NCBI GenBank assembly: GCA_028282265.1
Contig: JANQIH010000295.1
Span: forward strand, 12,254-76,253
DNA from: Allomuricauda sp.
GTDB lineage: Bacteria; Bacteroidota; Bacteroidia; Flavobacteriales; Flavobacteriaceae
Reading direction: 5' to 3'
Length of the DNA stretch: 64,000 nucleotides
Numbering within the stretch: the stretch's first letter is position 1; every line of letters begins with the position of its first letter. Made by a program: the position numbers and the translations under genes. The notes beneath the pieces were generated by a model. That model did no database searches, had not been told where the DNA came from, and saw nothing but the letters and a program-made list of their open reading frames with translations. This document shows positions 54,275 through 64,000 of the stretch, piece by piece.

Positions 54275-55447
54275 CTAAAAATCTTGAGCCTCATCTGGTC
54301 CAGGGTTCGCATAACGAGGGTCCTTGGCTCTTATGTATACATCTCCATCGGGTTTAATAGTCACCTCCAATGGAACTATTGTTGTTCCTTGTTCATTTAT
54401 AGTCTGTGCCGTTTCAGAAAGGTCTCTTCCTTGAATCCCTTCTGATGGAACAGGAGGTACATTACCATTATAAAAAGCCGTACACCACCATCTTCCTAGC
54501 CGGTCTTGAAATGGAGTACCATGCCCTAAAAATCTGCCTACAAACCTTCTTGGCCCGTACGGACCCAAGATATTATCCGAAAGACAGTAATACAGATTGT
54601 ACGAACCCTTACGCATCTCATCGGTCGACCATGCCGTTCCAAAATGGACGTATTTATCCCCAATTTTACGCAGGGTTGCCCCCTCATGACCAATAACACG
54701 GTTTTCGGGGTCAATACGGACCGGTTCTGCAGCCAATCCAGAAAAGTTAGGTTTTATTGGAGCTATTTTGGTATTTGCCCAAAGTAGGTACCAAGTACCA
54801 TCATCATCTTGGAACAAAGATGGGTCATGTTTGGTACGCATATCATCTTCCAAGGGAAAGGAGAATTTGTCAGAAATCAACTTTCCATTCTCGGTGATTG
54901 CGAGGTTTGCTCCCCTTTCCACCGGTGCAGGGGATGTATGTACAAAAACCCACTTGCCATCAATTTGATACAACTCAGGAGCCCATAGTCGCCAATCCTT
55001 CGGGTCGCTCTCATATTTTTCTGGAAATAGGCCCTTCCAATACCCCTGACCTAAAGAAAAAGGCACACCTACATACTCCCAATCCAAAAGGTCTTTACTT
55101 TTCCATACATTGATATCTGGCCCTACGATACTTGGGGTACCGTATAATTCTTGGTTTTGATTGTCCAAACCAGTGTTGTAAGGTTCCGACTTTTCCCTTG
55201 GATCGTTTTGTATTGGTGTGGTTCCCGTTAGGTAATAGTAATCATCGTCGGCCAGATATATGTAAGGGTCTCGAATCCATCCTTGTTTAAGATAAATGGC
55301 TTTGTCGTGGTCTTTAAAAGCACTCATTTTGAAATTCTCAACAACAGATTTCGTTTGGGCACTTTCATTGATGGTTTTCTCTTTACAGGAAAAAAAACAG
55401 CACAACACAAGAAGAAGAAGAAGAAGAATAATTCTTAAACTAAGCAT
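54275..55447 (-). CDS. GH43 glycoside hydrolase, lipoprotein
   Basis: WIRDPYI, WAPELY, HDPSLFQDDDGTWYLLW, HEGA, GHGTPF; lipobox FFSC. Confidence 0.83.
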   Translation of the reverse strand: MLSLRIILLLLLLVLCCFFSCKEKTINESAQTKSVVENFKMSAFKDHDKAIYLKQGWIRDPYIYLADDDYYYLTGTTPIQNDPREKSEPYNTGLDNQNQELYGTPSIVGPDINVWKSKDLLDWEYVGVPFSLGQGYWKGLFPEKYESDPKDWRLWAPELYQIDGKWVFVHTSPAPVERGANLAITENGKLISDKFSFPLEDDMRTKHDPSLFQDDDGTWYLLWANTKIAPIKPNFSGLAAEPVRIDPENRVIGHEGATLRKIGDKYVHFGTAWSTDEMRKGSYNLYYCLSDNILGPYGPRRFVGRFLGHGTPFQDRLGRWWCTAFYNGNVPPVPSEGIQGRDLSETAQTINEQGTTIVPLEVTIKPDGDVYIRAKDPRYANPGPDEAQDF

Positions 55448-55449
55448 AC

Positions 55450-56616
55450 CTATTCAGTAATGGAGAATTTGTAAATGCAAGTGGAAGTATACATCTCCTC
55501 TGGTTCCAATGTTGTACTGGGAAAATTTTCTTGATTAGGGGAATCGGGAAAATGTTGGGTTTCCAAACAAAATGCACCTCTAAAGTCATATGATTTACCT
55601 CCTTTGCCCTTTTTCCCATTTAAAAAATTGCCCCCGTAAAACTGCAGTCCAGGTTCATCGGTATAAACCTCCATTGTCCTACCAGATTCCGGTTCAATTA
55701 CCTTAGCGGCCAAAACCAAGCCATCATCATTTACAGGATCTTGGTTCAATACAAAGTTATGGTCATAGCCAAGGCCAAACTCCAGTTGCTCGTTCGGTAT
55801 TTCCAAGTCCCGACCAATAGGTTTTGGCGAGATGAAATCGAATGGCGTACCTGCAACCCCAGCAATTTCCCCCGTCGGTATCAGCCCACTATCCACAGGT
55901 GTAAAATGGTCTGCATTAATCATCAAAACATGATCGTTTATCGTACCATTGCCCTGTCCCTTCAAATTAAAAAAAGAGTGGTGGGTAAGGTTGACCACCG
56001 TTTTTTTATCAGTTTTGGCTTTGTAGTTAATTACCAATTCGTTCTCTTCATTCAGCAAGTAATTCACTTTGACGGATAGATTACCAGGATACCCCTCTTC
56101 CCCATCTGGTGAAGTCCTTGAAAAGGTGATGGTATTTTCAGTATGCGAATCCACATCCCAAACCACGCTTTCAAAACCCACATCTCCTCCATGCAAATGG
56201 TTTTCACCATTGTTGGTCGCTAGAGTGTATTCATTTCCATCTAGAGAAAACCTGCCCTTTGCGATTCGGTTACCGTAGCGACCAATGGTGGCCCCAAAAT
56301 ATTTTTCTTGCGCATTTTGGAAGCCTCTCAGGGTATTGAATCCAAGTACAATATCCTCGAATTTTCCATCTCTATCAGGAGTAAATAATGATATCAGCCG
56401 TTGTCCATAATTGGTAAAGGTCACCTCAATACCTTTACTGTTTTTCAACATATAAATACCGACTTTTTTGCCATCAATTATAGTATCGAAATCTACTGCT
56501 TTTGCCATAGTGAGCGTTGAATCTTTAAGTTTTGCCTTTTCAGTATTTTTTGGAGTTTGCTTGCAAGCCAAGGTTGAAAATAGCGTTATCCCAATTAGTA
56601 AAGTGGTTGTTTTCAT
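55450..56616 (-). CDS. galM: Aldose 1-epimerase (mutarotase), lipoprotein-type signal (start reassigned to 56616)
   Basis: GATIGRYGNRI, NHLHGG, EEGYPGNL, NLTHHSFFNL, GYDHNF, GLQFYGGN, FCLETQHFPDSPN; lipobox TLAC. Confidence 0.95.
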   Translation of the reverse strand: MKTTTLLIGITLFSTLACKQTPKNTEKAKLKDSTLTMAKAVDFDTIIDGKKVGIYMLKNSKGIEVTFTNYGQRLISLFTPDRDGKFEDIVLGFNTLRGFQNAQEKYFGATIGRYGNRIAKGRFSLDGNEYTLATNNGENHLHGGDVGFESVVWDVDSHTENTITFSRTSPDGEEGYPGNLSVKVNYLLNEENELVINYKAKTDKKTVVNLTHHSFFNLKGQGNGTINDHVLMINADHFTPVDSGLIPTGEIAGVAGTPFDFISPKPIGRDLEIPNEQLEFGLGYDHNFVLNQDPVNDDGLVLAAKVIEPESGRTMEVYTDEPGLQFYGGNFLNGKKGKGGKSYDFRGAFCLETQHFPDSPNQENFPSTTLEPEEMYTSTCIYKFSITE

Positions 56617-56948
56617 TCTTTTGATTTTGTATTGTAGGAAACCCATGTTTTTTTTCTTTCTTGTCTGGATAAAGCTGTCATTTCGGTGGCCAAGCCTTTA
56701 TCTCCCTGTGATTTCATCCACGAAGCTAACTCTTCCTGCAATCGCTGCTTGGTCGATTCATATTCAGGGTTTTCCGCCAGATTGACCATTTCAAGTGGGT
56801 CGCTCCCAATGTCATACAATTCTTCAGAAGGTCGAAATTTATACTTCGATACCATTACATCTTTATCCTGCTTGCAGGAAGTGAAACAAAATAAAAAAGC
56901 AATTAAAAACCCGTCCAGTATATGAATGTGGTTAAAACGAAATCTCAT
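56613..56948 (-). pseudogene. Internally deleted sulfatase: lipoprotein signal fused in frame to the sulfatase C-terminus
   Basis: MRFRFNHIHILDGFLIAFLFCFTSCKQDKDV joined directly to YKFRPSEELYDIGSDPLEMVNLAENPEY...LASWMKSQGDKG; the whole catalytic core is absent. Confidence 0.75.
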
Positions 56949-57084
56949 AAAGACGCAACTTAATCCATCTTTAAGTTCCATTATTAGCATTATAGTTCAA
57001 AAATGGGGTAGAAATGTTCAAAATTGGTATACATCGCCCTAAAAGGTTGTTGTAAAACGCTATTAATTATTAAATTTTCACCAT

Positions 57085-58638
57085 TTGAAAATTACGACGT
57101 TGAAAAGACAAGTTATACTATTATCTCTTTTTTCTTTTGTTGCCCTCGTCTCCTGTAAAGAGAAAAAAACCGAAACTGAGGTTGAACGAACAATAGCCAA
57201 ACCGAACATCATCTTTTTGTATGTGGATGATTTAGGTTATGCCGATGTAAGTTGTTACGGAGCAAAAGGCGTTGAAACCCCAAATATAGATTTCTTGGCT
57301 AAAAACGGAATCAAATTCACGGACGCCCACAGTTCCGCTGCAACGTGCACTCCTTCTCGATATTCTTTTTTGACCGGGAATTACGCTTTCAGGAATAAGG
57401 CTGTCATTTTACCTGGAGATGCACCACTTTTAATCGACACCGCTACGGTCACGCTGCCGAAAATGTTGAAAAAAGCAGGTTACACAACTGGTGTAGTCGG
57501 CAAATGGCATTTAGGGCTGGGTGTTGGTCAAGTAGACTGGAATACGAAAATCAGTCCGGGGCCCAATGAAATCGGTTTTGACTATAGTTTTTTGTTGCCC
57601 GCAACAGGTGACCGCGTACCTACCGTTTTTGTGGAGAATGGATATGTGGTGGACCTTGAACCTGAAGACAACCTAATGGTGAGTTATGGAGCGCGAATTG
57701 GTGATCGCCCTGTTGGATATGAGCATCCTGAACTCCTAAAACAAAAAGCAGACCGCCAGCATAGCGAAACCATAATCAACGGCGTGAGTCGTATCGGGTA
57801 CATGGCGGGTGGCCAATCTGCGGAATGGATTGATGAGGATTTCCCATACGTCTTCAATAAAAAAGCAACCGATTTTATAACTGCCAACAAGGAAAATCCA
57901 TTCTTTTTGTTCTACTCGTTTCATGATATACATGTACCTCGAATCCCACATGATAATTTTAAGGGAAAAAGCACCATGGGGCCTAGGGGTGATGCCATTG
58001 TCCAAGTCGATTTTGTGGTCGGTGAAATTGTAAAAAGTCTTGAGGAAAATGGTATTCTGGAAAACACACTAATCATTTTTACTAGCGATAATGGTCCTGT
58101 GCTCAATGACGGCTATGAAGACCAAGCTGTTGAATTGATAGGAGAGCACCATCCTTCTGGACCATTCAGGGGAGGTAAGTATAGTATTTATGAAGCCGGA
58201 AGCCGGGTTCCTACCATCACTTATTGGCCTGGAACCATTGAACCCATGGAATCGAATGCTATGATGAATCAGCTGGATATCTATGCTTCTTTGGCAGGAC
58301 ATCTAAATATTGAACTATCAGATGATATCATCGACAGCGAAAACCATTGGAAAGCCTGGATAGGAAAATCAACAAAAGGGCGCAAAGCAATGCTCGAAGA
58401 AGGTTTTACCCTAGCCTACCGAGAAGGCGATTGGAAATACATTCGGCCTTTACCTGAAGGAAAGGAGATTCCCACTTGGATGGAAAATAAAAAAGAAATA
58501 GAATCTGGTTTGATGAAAGTACCACAACTATTCAATTTAAAGGACGATTTGGGTGAGCAAATCAATTTGGCAGAATCCCACCCTGAAAAAATTGAGGAAT
58601 TTGAAAAAAGCCTAAAACAGCTAATAGATAAAAAATGA
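57085..58638 (+). CDS. S1 sulfatase (CTPSR), S1_15-like, lipoprotein (TTG start)
   Basis: PNIIFLYVDDLGY, ATCTPSRYSFLTG, GKWHLGLG, ATGDRVP, DIHVPR, TSDNGP; lipobox LVSC. Confidence 0.92.
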   Translation: MKITTLKRQVILLSLFSFVALVSCKEKKTETEVERTIAKPNIIFLYVDDLGYADVSCYGAKGVETPNIDFLAKNGIKFTDAHSSAATCTPSRYSFLTGNYAFRNKAVILPGDAPLLIDTATVTLPKMLKKAGYTTGVVGKWHLGLGVGQVDWNTKISPGPNEIGFDYSFLLPATGDRVPTVFVENGYVVDLEPEDNLMVSYGARIGDRPVGYEHPELLKQKADRQHSETIINGVSRIGYMAGGQSAEWIDEDFPYVFNKKATDFITANKENPFFLFYSFHDIHVPRIPHDNFKGKSTMGPRGDAIVQVDFVVGEIVKSLEENGILENTLIIFTSDNGPVLNDGYEDQAVELIGEHHPSGPFRGGKYSIYEAGSRVPTITYWPGTIEPMESNAMMNQLDIYASLAGHLNIELSDDIIDSENHWKAWIGKSTKGRKAMLEEGFTLAYREGDWKYIRPLPEGKEIPTWMENKKEIESGLMKVPQLFNLKDDLGEQINLAESHPEKIEEFEKSLKQLIDKK

Positions 58639-59789
58639 AAAAACTGATAATTACAACGGGAATCCTAACCTTTTTGGTTTTATCCTGTAAAGAGACAAAG
58701 CCAAAGGAAACGAAAACTGTTGAGGCTGAAATCATCTCAGATAGAACCGTTTGGGACAGTACACAGGCACATAAGTGGTATGCCGAACAAGAATGGATGG
58801 TGGGAGCCAACTACAATCCGCGTTCAGCTATCAACCAATTGGAAATGTGGCAGGCTGAAACCTTTGACCTTGAAATGATAGATGAAGAACTGGGCTGGGC
58901 CTCAGAAATTGGAATGAACGTGATGCGGGTGTATCTGCATGACCTATTGCACAAAAGCGATTCAATAGGACTTTATAAAAGAATGGACGATTATTTGGGG
59001 GTTGCTGACAAACATGGCATCAAAACTCTGTTTGTTTTCTTTGATTCTTGCTGGAACGATGAACCAAAATTGGGGAAGCAACCTGAGCCCCTGCCACATC
59101 GACATAATTCGGGATGGGTCGAGAGCCCGGGTCATACCGCACTTCGAGATTCTACACAATATCCTCGTTATGAACGTTTCATAAAGGGCACAATTACAAA
59201 GTTTAGGGAGGATGAACGTGTGTTGGGCTGGGACCTATGGAACGAACCTGATAATGGCAAATGGAAAGTCTCCCCAGATAGCATTGCGCGAAGTAAAACT
59301 TCTTACGTGATTCCCCTTTTGGAGAAGAGTTTTGAATGGGCACGTAGCGTAGACCCTAAACAGCCTTTGACCTCAGGTATTTGGGGTGGTGGGGATTGGT
59401 CATCCCACGAAGTTTTGGAACCGCTTCAAAAATTGCAACTAGAGCAGTCTGACATCATCACCTTTCACCATTATTCCAACCCTGAAGATTTTGAGAAACG
59501 AATTATTGAGTTAAAGCGGTACAACAAACCCCTAATCTGTACCGAATATATGGCCCGAACCGCTGGAAGCACCTTTCAAAGTCACCTACCTCTTGGCAAA
59601 AAACACCAAATTGGGATGATCAATTGGGGGTTGGTCGATGGTAAAACCCAAACCAAGTATCCGTGGAAGAGCAATCGTGAAAAGTTTACAAAAGAACCCG
59701 ATGTCTGGTTTCATGAGGTTTTTAGAGCTGATGGCACTCCTTATGACCCTGAGGAAACAAAACTAATCGAGCAACTTACTGGTCTTTAA
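58635..59789 (+). CDS. GH5 glycoside hydrolase, lipoprotein (resembles the GH5_13 group)
   Basis: VGANY.P.SAINQLEMWQ, MRVYLHD, WDLWNEPDN (acid/base), PLICTEYMAR (nucleophile), NWGLVDGKTQT; overlaps the sulfatase stop. Confidence 0.8.
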   Translation: MKKLIITTGILTFLVLSCKETKPKETKTVEAEIISDRTVWDSTQAHKWYAEQEWMVGANYNPRSAINQLEMWQAETFDLEMIDEELGWASEIGMNVMRVYLHDLLHKSDSIGLYKRMDDYLGVADKHGIKTLFVFFDSCWNDEPKLGKQPEPLPHRHNSGWVESPGHTALRDSTQYPRYERFIKGTITKFREDERVLGWDLWNEPDNGKWKVSPDSIARSKTSYVIPLLEKSFEWARSVDPKQPLTSGIWGGGDWSSHEVLEPLQKLQLEQSDIITFHHYSNPEDFEKRIIELKRYNKPLICTEYMARTAGSTFQSHLPLGKKHQIGMINWGLVDGKTQTKYPWKSNREKFTKEPDVWFHEVFRADGTPYDPEETKLIEQLTGL

Positions 59790-59827
59790 CTAAAGAAAGA
59801 ATTCCTTTTTATTAATGCCTTTGTTAA

Positions 59828-61402
59828 TTATTGCAGTTCCTGAGCTCTAGGGTAGTTGTCTAAAATGGCCTCTAGATTTTTTACGACCTTCTTATTCTTT
59901 TTTGCCACGTTTTTAGTTTCTAACGGGTCTTCCTTATAGTCGTATAACTCGTAGGCCACATCATCGTAATTTTTGGTATTCGTCCAGCGTACCATTCGGT
60001 AACGTTGATTTCTGATGGCTTCACCTACGTATCCTCCCTTTTTAAAACAATGGTAGACATGGTCTTTTATCTCCATATCTGGCTTTGAGATTGAGGGTGC
60101 CAAACTAATGCCATCCAACAATTGGATTCCCTTGGGTTGGGGTAATTTCGCCAGATCTACCAAGGTTGGATAGATATCTACCGTTTCCATAAACTGTTGT
60201 GTGGTTGTTTTCTTCTGTGTTATCCCTGGAACCCGCATCAAGAAGGGAATTCGTGTGGGCTGTTCGTAATTGGTATGCTTCGTCCAAATACCATGATCGC
60301 CCAAGTGCCAACCGTGATCACCCCAAAGCAGTACAATGGTGTTCTTATCCAATCCCAAACGTTCCAACTCATTCATGACCTTGCCCAATTGGGCATCCAT
60401 ATAACTGACACTGGCATAGTATCCATGAATAAGGTTACGTTTTAGCTCTTCGGAATACTCCGCATCTTTGTCTTCGGGTACAGGAAAAAATTGTGTGATT
60501 TCACCGCCTCTTTTCTGGGCCATTTTGGGGGAATCTTCAGGGAATTCCTCAAATTCTGGCATTGGAAGCTTTGCTGGATCGTACATATCCCAATATTTCT
60601 TTGGCACGGAAAAAGGTAAATGGGGTCGTGCAAAGCCAACGGCCATCATAAAGGGTTTTTCTCCCTTACCCAATTTTCGCAATCGGTCAATGGCATGGCG
60701 CGCTATTCGGCCATCGGCATAAGCATCGTCAAGTACATCAGGCATTTCCCAGGCCGCACCCCTAGGTAATTGTCTATTTGGAGGTAAATCTTTGATGTAC
60801 TTCCTACTGTTCTCAAAAAAAGCTTCCTCGCGGGTCAGTTCACCTTCCTTACTTTCTGGAACAATATATTCAATGACTTTATCCTTCCGAGATGGCACAC
60901 TCCAAGAAAGTTCGTCATCCCCTTGTCCATGTCCAACATGGTATACTTTTCCCATGGATTCCACATGGTAGCCGTTTTCCTTAAAATACTGGGGAAGCGT
61001 GACGGCTTCTGGCATCGTTTTTCGAAAATTCCTCCCAAAACCATAAATACCAGAACTGGTCGAGCGCATGCCCAACATCAAATTATAGCGGGAAGGTCCA
61101 CATACAGCTTGATTAACATAGGCTCGATTAAATTGTAGTCCACTAGCTGCCAACTTGTCAATATTTGGACTAATGGCGACACCATCTCCATAACTACCCA
61201 GCGTAGGTTTTAAATCATCAACCAGAATCATTAAAATATTTGGCTTGGTCTCTTCATTGCTTTCTTGTCCATACATATTTATGAACGTCGCCAATAAAAA
61301 CAAAAGGCCTGTTAGATATTTCTTAATTTTTTTAGTCTTAAAAGCATTCAAGCCTAATATGACGACCAAACGTAGTACTACAGATACAAATTTATTTTTC
61401 AC
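59828..61402 (-). CDS. S1 sulfatase (CGPSR), iduronate-2-sulfatase/choline-sulfatase-like (S1_7-like)
   Basis: PNILMILVDDL, VCGPSRYNLMLG, GKVYH, GF.RPHLPF, WGDHGWHLGDH, WTKHT, ELYD. Confidence 0.9.
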   Translation of the reverse strand: MKNKFVSVVLRLVVILGLNAFKTKKIKKYLTGLLFLLATFINMYGQESNEETKPNILMILVDDLKPTLGSYGDGVAISPNIDKLAASGLQFNRAYVNQAVCGPSRYNLMLGMRSTSSGIYGFGRNFRKTMPEAVTLPQYFKENGYHVESMGKVYHVGHGQGDDELSWSVPSRKDKVIEYIVPESKEGELTREEAFFENSRKYIKDLPPNRQLPRGAAWEMPDVLDDAYADGRIARHAIDRLRKLGKGEKPFMMAVGFARPHLPFSVPKKYWDMYDPAKLPMPEFEEFPEDSPKMAQKRGGEITQFFPVPEDKDAEYSEELKRNLIHGYYASVSYMDAQLGKVMNELERLGLDKNTIVLLWGDHGWHLGDHGIWTKHTNYEQPTRIPFLMRVPGITQKKTTTQQFMETVDIYPTLVDLAKLPQPKGIQLLDGISLAPSISKPDMEIKDHVYHCFKKGGYVGEAIRNQRYRMVRWTNTKNYDDVAYELYDYKEDPLETKNVAKKNKKVVKNLEAILDNYPRAQELQ

Positions 61403-61412
61403 ATTTATTTAA

Positions 61413-62846
61413 TTAATCAACAAAAACAACATTTTTAGAATACCAGCTTAGAATCGTTTCGGTATATTCTTTTACCCTATCCAAATCTTTACCAGCTAGG
61501 TTAGTTTGTTCCTGTGGGTCGTTCTTTAAGTTATACAATTGAGGCCCAGTACCATCTTCATTAACCAAAAGCTTCCAGTCCCCGTCACGCATTGCGAGCT
61601 TCGGCGTCAAAAAATCAGGATTTCCTGGTGTTGGAACATTGGGAAAGTACCAGAAAATGGGTTTCTGCCTTTGCTGGGGCGTTCCTTTTATTGACTGGTT
61701 CAGCGCAATCCCATCCAATTTTGATGAAATTTTATAAAAATCCGTATTTGTGAAATTCATTATCGTAGGAAATAAGTCCATCACAGCTCCCACTGTGGTG
61801 CTATCTACTTTATTTTCTGGCAAATGACCTTTCCACTGTACTATTAAAGGTTCACGTATGCCTCCTTCATACAGACTCCATTTTCGACCTCGTAGATTGC
61901 CTTGACTTGATGGGGGTTGCCCTCCGTTTTTATAATACCGCGGCCAATCGGTTGGGCCATTATCACTTGACATGATGAATATGGTATTTTCCGTCAGGCC
62001 CATATCTTCTATTCCCTGAATCAATCTTCCTACTTGTATATCCGTCTCCTTTAACACAGCAAAAAACTTGGCTTCTTCTTCATCTCTTGCAATAGCCCTA
62101 AATTCTGAAGTCTGTTCTTCGGTAGGTTTAAAGGGATCATGTACATCACCTGGAAAAAAACTTAAGTAAAAAGGCGTGTCTTTATTTCGCTTAATGAATG
62201 CCAATGAACTATCCACATAAATTTCCGTAATGCGATGCTTATCTGTTCTCATGATATTGCCTTTGCCCAATTTGGCACTCATGTCACTCAAAAAATGGTC
62301 GTTATCCAAGATGCGGTCCCCGATTCCCTCAAAACCGACTAAGGACATATCATAACCATAATCGGTGGGGTAAGGTACTTCATTGATATCCCTTCCTCCG
62401 CCCATGTGCCATTTTCCAACTTGAGCAGTGGCGTAGCCATTTTTCTTCAAAAGTCTGGGCAATAATGGCCCTACGGTATCCAAAAAATTGGCCTGTCGTC
62501 GTTCCTTATTGTTCTTTGTGCTGCCCACTACCCCATGAATCCGTCTCCTAAAAGGATACTGACCAGTTATAAAGGCTACCCTTGAGGGTGAACAAACCGG
62601 AGCATTGCTATAAAATTGAGTGAAACGAATTCCGTTTTTGGCCAAGGCATCAAAATTGGGTGTTTCCATTTTTTGATTGCCATAGCAGCTTAAATCCCCA
62701 TAGCCCAGATCATCAATAAAGATGAAAACCACATTTGGAAGTACTTCCTCTTTTGCAGAAGTGGCCATTTTTACTTCCTTAACTTTGTTCATACAACTAA
62801 GGGCAAAAGCCAAGAAGAGCAGGATTCCAAAAATAGTTTTTCCCAT
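61413..62846 (-). CDS. S1 sulfatase (CSPSR), lipoprotein (start reassigned to 62846)
   Basis: PNVVFIFIDDLGYGD, CSPSRVAFITG, GKWHMGG, SSDNGP, YEGGIREP; lipobox ALSC. Confidence 0.92.
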   Translation of the reverse strand: MGKTIFGILLFLAFALSCMNKVKEVKMATSAKEEVLPNVVFIFIDDLGYGDLSCYGNQKMETPNFDALAKNGIRFTQFYSNAPVCSPSRVAFITGQYPFRRRIHGVVGSTKNNKERRQANFLDTVGPLLPRLLKKNGYATAQVGKWHMGGGRDINEVPYPTDYGYDMSLVGFEGIGDRILDNDHFLSDMSAKLGKGNIMRTDKHRITEIYVDSSLAFIKRNKDTPFYLSFFPGDVHDPFKPTEEQTSEFRAIARDEEEAKFFAVLKETDIQVGRLIQGIEDMGLTENTIFIMSSDNGPTDWPRYYKNGGQPPSSQGNLRGRKWSLYEGGIREPLIVQWKGHLPENKVDSTTVGAVMDLFPTIMNFTNTDFYKISSKLDGIALNQSIKGTPQQRQKPIFWYFPNVPTPGNPDFLTPKLAMRDGDWKLLVNEDGTGPQLYNLKNDPQEQTNLAGKDLDRVKEYTETILSWYSKNVVFVD

Positions 62847-63125
62847 AATCAGACAATTTAAGTAGTGTACTACTTGTATAGAAGCATTTTTGATGAATTT
62901 TTCTATAATCCCGTTCATTATTAGGAATAAAATTTTGTTGTCAGGAATATATCATAAAATATTCAGTTTAATCTGTGCCACAAAAAATATGAATGGAGGA
63001 ATTCTTTATTTTCTTCCCAAGATTTAACTATTAAGGTTTCATCAATGTTTTCCAAAACCTTTGTCAAGAGAAGCATTACAAGCAGACCGCCGAAGGTTCG
63101 AATCTTCCAACAATTATCAAAAAAT

Positions 63126-63152
63126 AAGGGTTTCCAGTATTTGGAAACCCTT
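63126..63152. terminator. Strong, probably bidirectional hairpin
   Basis: AAGGGTTTCCA-GTATT-TGGAAACCCTT, a perfect 11-bp stem flanked by A- and T-rich runs. Confidence 0.75.
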
Positions 63153-63266
63153 TATTTTACCTAAATGTTGCCCAGTTTTAGGGTTTATTTTTCTGCAAAA
63201 ATAGAAGTTAAATGCATTAAAGACATTGTATTCAAACTATAATTTTAGTGGATTATCGTGTTTTCT

Positions 63267-63989
63267 TCAACCTCTTTTCCTCACTTTTGAATTCCCGCTT
63301 AGGCGTTCTCGAACGATTTCCGCATTTCCTTTATAATTGAGTTCACTATTACCTGATGCATCCACATCAATAGTATTGGAAACCGAAAGGAAGACCTCAC
63401 TACCACCTGACATACTTAAAGTCAAGTTTTCGGTGAACAAATCATAGTCCTTCATCAGACTATTTCCTTCTAATCTAGCGTTAATGTTTGCAGCCAATCC
63501 GTACACATTCAATACAGAATTCCCTGTTGCATCTGCGGTTAGTCTTTCTACATCCACGTTTCCTAAAAACCGACTATTACCAGAAGCTAGCAAGTTTAGG
63601 TTATCCGTTACCAATAAGTTTTCAAGCTCGATAAGAGAATTTCCGGAAGTCTGGAAATTAGAAATTTCCGTTGTGGTAATATAGGCCTTGAGTGTTGCAT
63701 TACCCCGAATGCCGACATTGTCTTTCAATCTTATTCTTAAGGTGTTGCCATCTTTGGAAACGATAATCTTATCTTGAAGATTTTCATTCGCCTCTATTTC
63801 AATGCTTTCTTCACTATTCGAAAACCGTACAAAGGCTTCAAAATTGCTAGATACTTGTAAGCCGCTATACCCTGAAAAAGAATATTCCACGGTTGAAATT
63901 TCATTTGAAGCTCTTATGGATTCGCTGTCACAAGAGGACATAATAAGGGCGGTGGCCATGATTAGGCCATAAATTAATCTTGATTTCAT
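63267..63989 (-). CDS. DUF2807/head-GIN-domain lipoprotein (beta-helix, autotransporter-adhesin-like); probably outside the PUL
   Basis: Lipobox MSSC; IEIEANENLQDKI..K.G..L.I and repeated ASGNS rungs ending ASGNSELNYKGN. Confidence 0.8.
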   Translation of the reverse strand: MKSRLIYGLIMATALIMSSCDSESIRASNEISTVEYSFSGYSGLQVSSNFEAFVRFSNSEESIEIEANENLQDKIIVSKDGNTLRIRLKDNVGIRGNATLKAYITTTEISNFQTSGNSLIELENLLVTDNLNLLASGNSRFLGNVDVERLTADATGNSVLNVYGLAANINARLEGNSLMKDYDLFTENLTLSMSGGSEVFLSVSNTIDVDASGNSELNYKGNAEIVRERLSGNSKVRKRG

Positions 63990-64000
63990 TTGATTGATGT

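Noticed and set aside
55390-55428. A8 tract and (GAA)6 repeat in the GH43 signal peptide as a phase-variation switch
   Set aside because: The triplet repeat keeps the frame (poly-Leu), and 8-nt A/T runs are common in this AT-rich sequence.

Overview
Bacteroidota DNA (Flavobacteriaceae-like gene content). Nearly the whole window is one large polysaccharide utilisation locus (PUL) for a sulfated polymer of L-arabinose and D-galactose. A SusC/SusD pair and a hybrid two-component regulator sit back-to-back at about 28 kb. The left (minus) arm carries a sulfatase, an unclassified clan GH-A+FN3 enzyme, a FIVAR/LamG lipoprotein, a GH49/GH28-like beta-helix lipoprotein, two Abp-like GH27s, two sodium:solute symporters, araB/araD/araA, further sulfatases and a GH43. 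The right (plus) arm carries a GH2, three sulfatases, a GH43-like propeller and a 1676-aa T9SS-secreted multimodular enzyme. A Leloir cluster follows (galM, GH43, galK, galT, a nonsense-interrupted LacI repressor, a lipoprotein formylglycine-generating enzyme, galE, symporter), then three more sulfatases and a GH5. There are eight complete Cys-type S1 sulfatases, a ninth cut by the left edge, and two sulfatase relics. Relics of a tyrosine integrase and a PepSY-TM gene suggest a mosaic, rearranged locus. Best hypothesis (inference): a PUL for green-algal sulfated beta-L-arabinopyranan/galactan that contains at least one apparently unclassified glycoside hydrolase family, present as two paralogs. 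All family calls come from motifs read by eye; no database search was run. No rRNA, intact tRNA or CRISPR array was seen.
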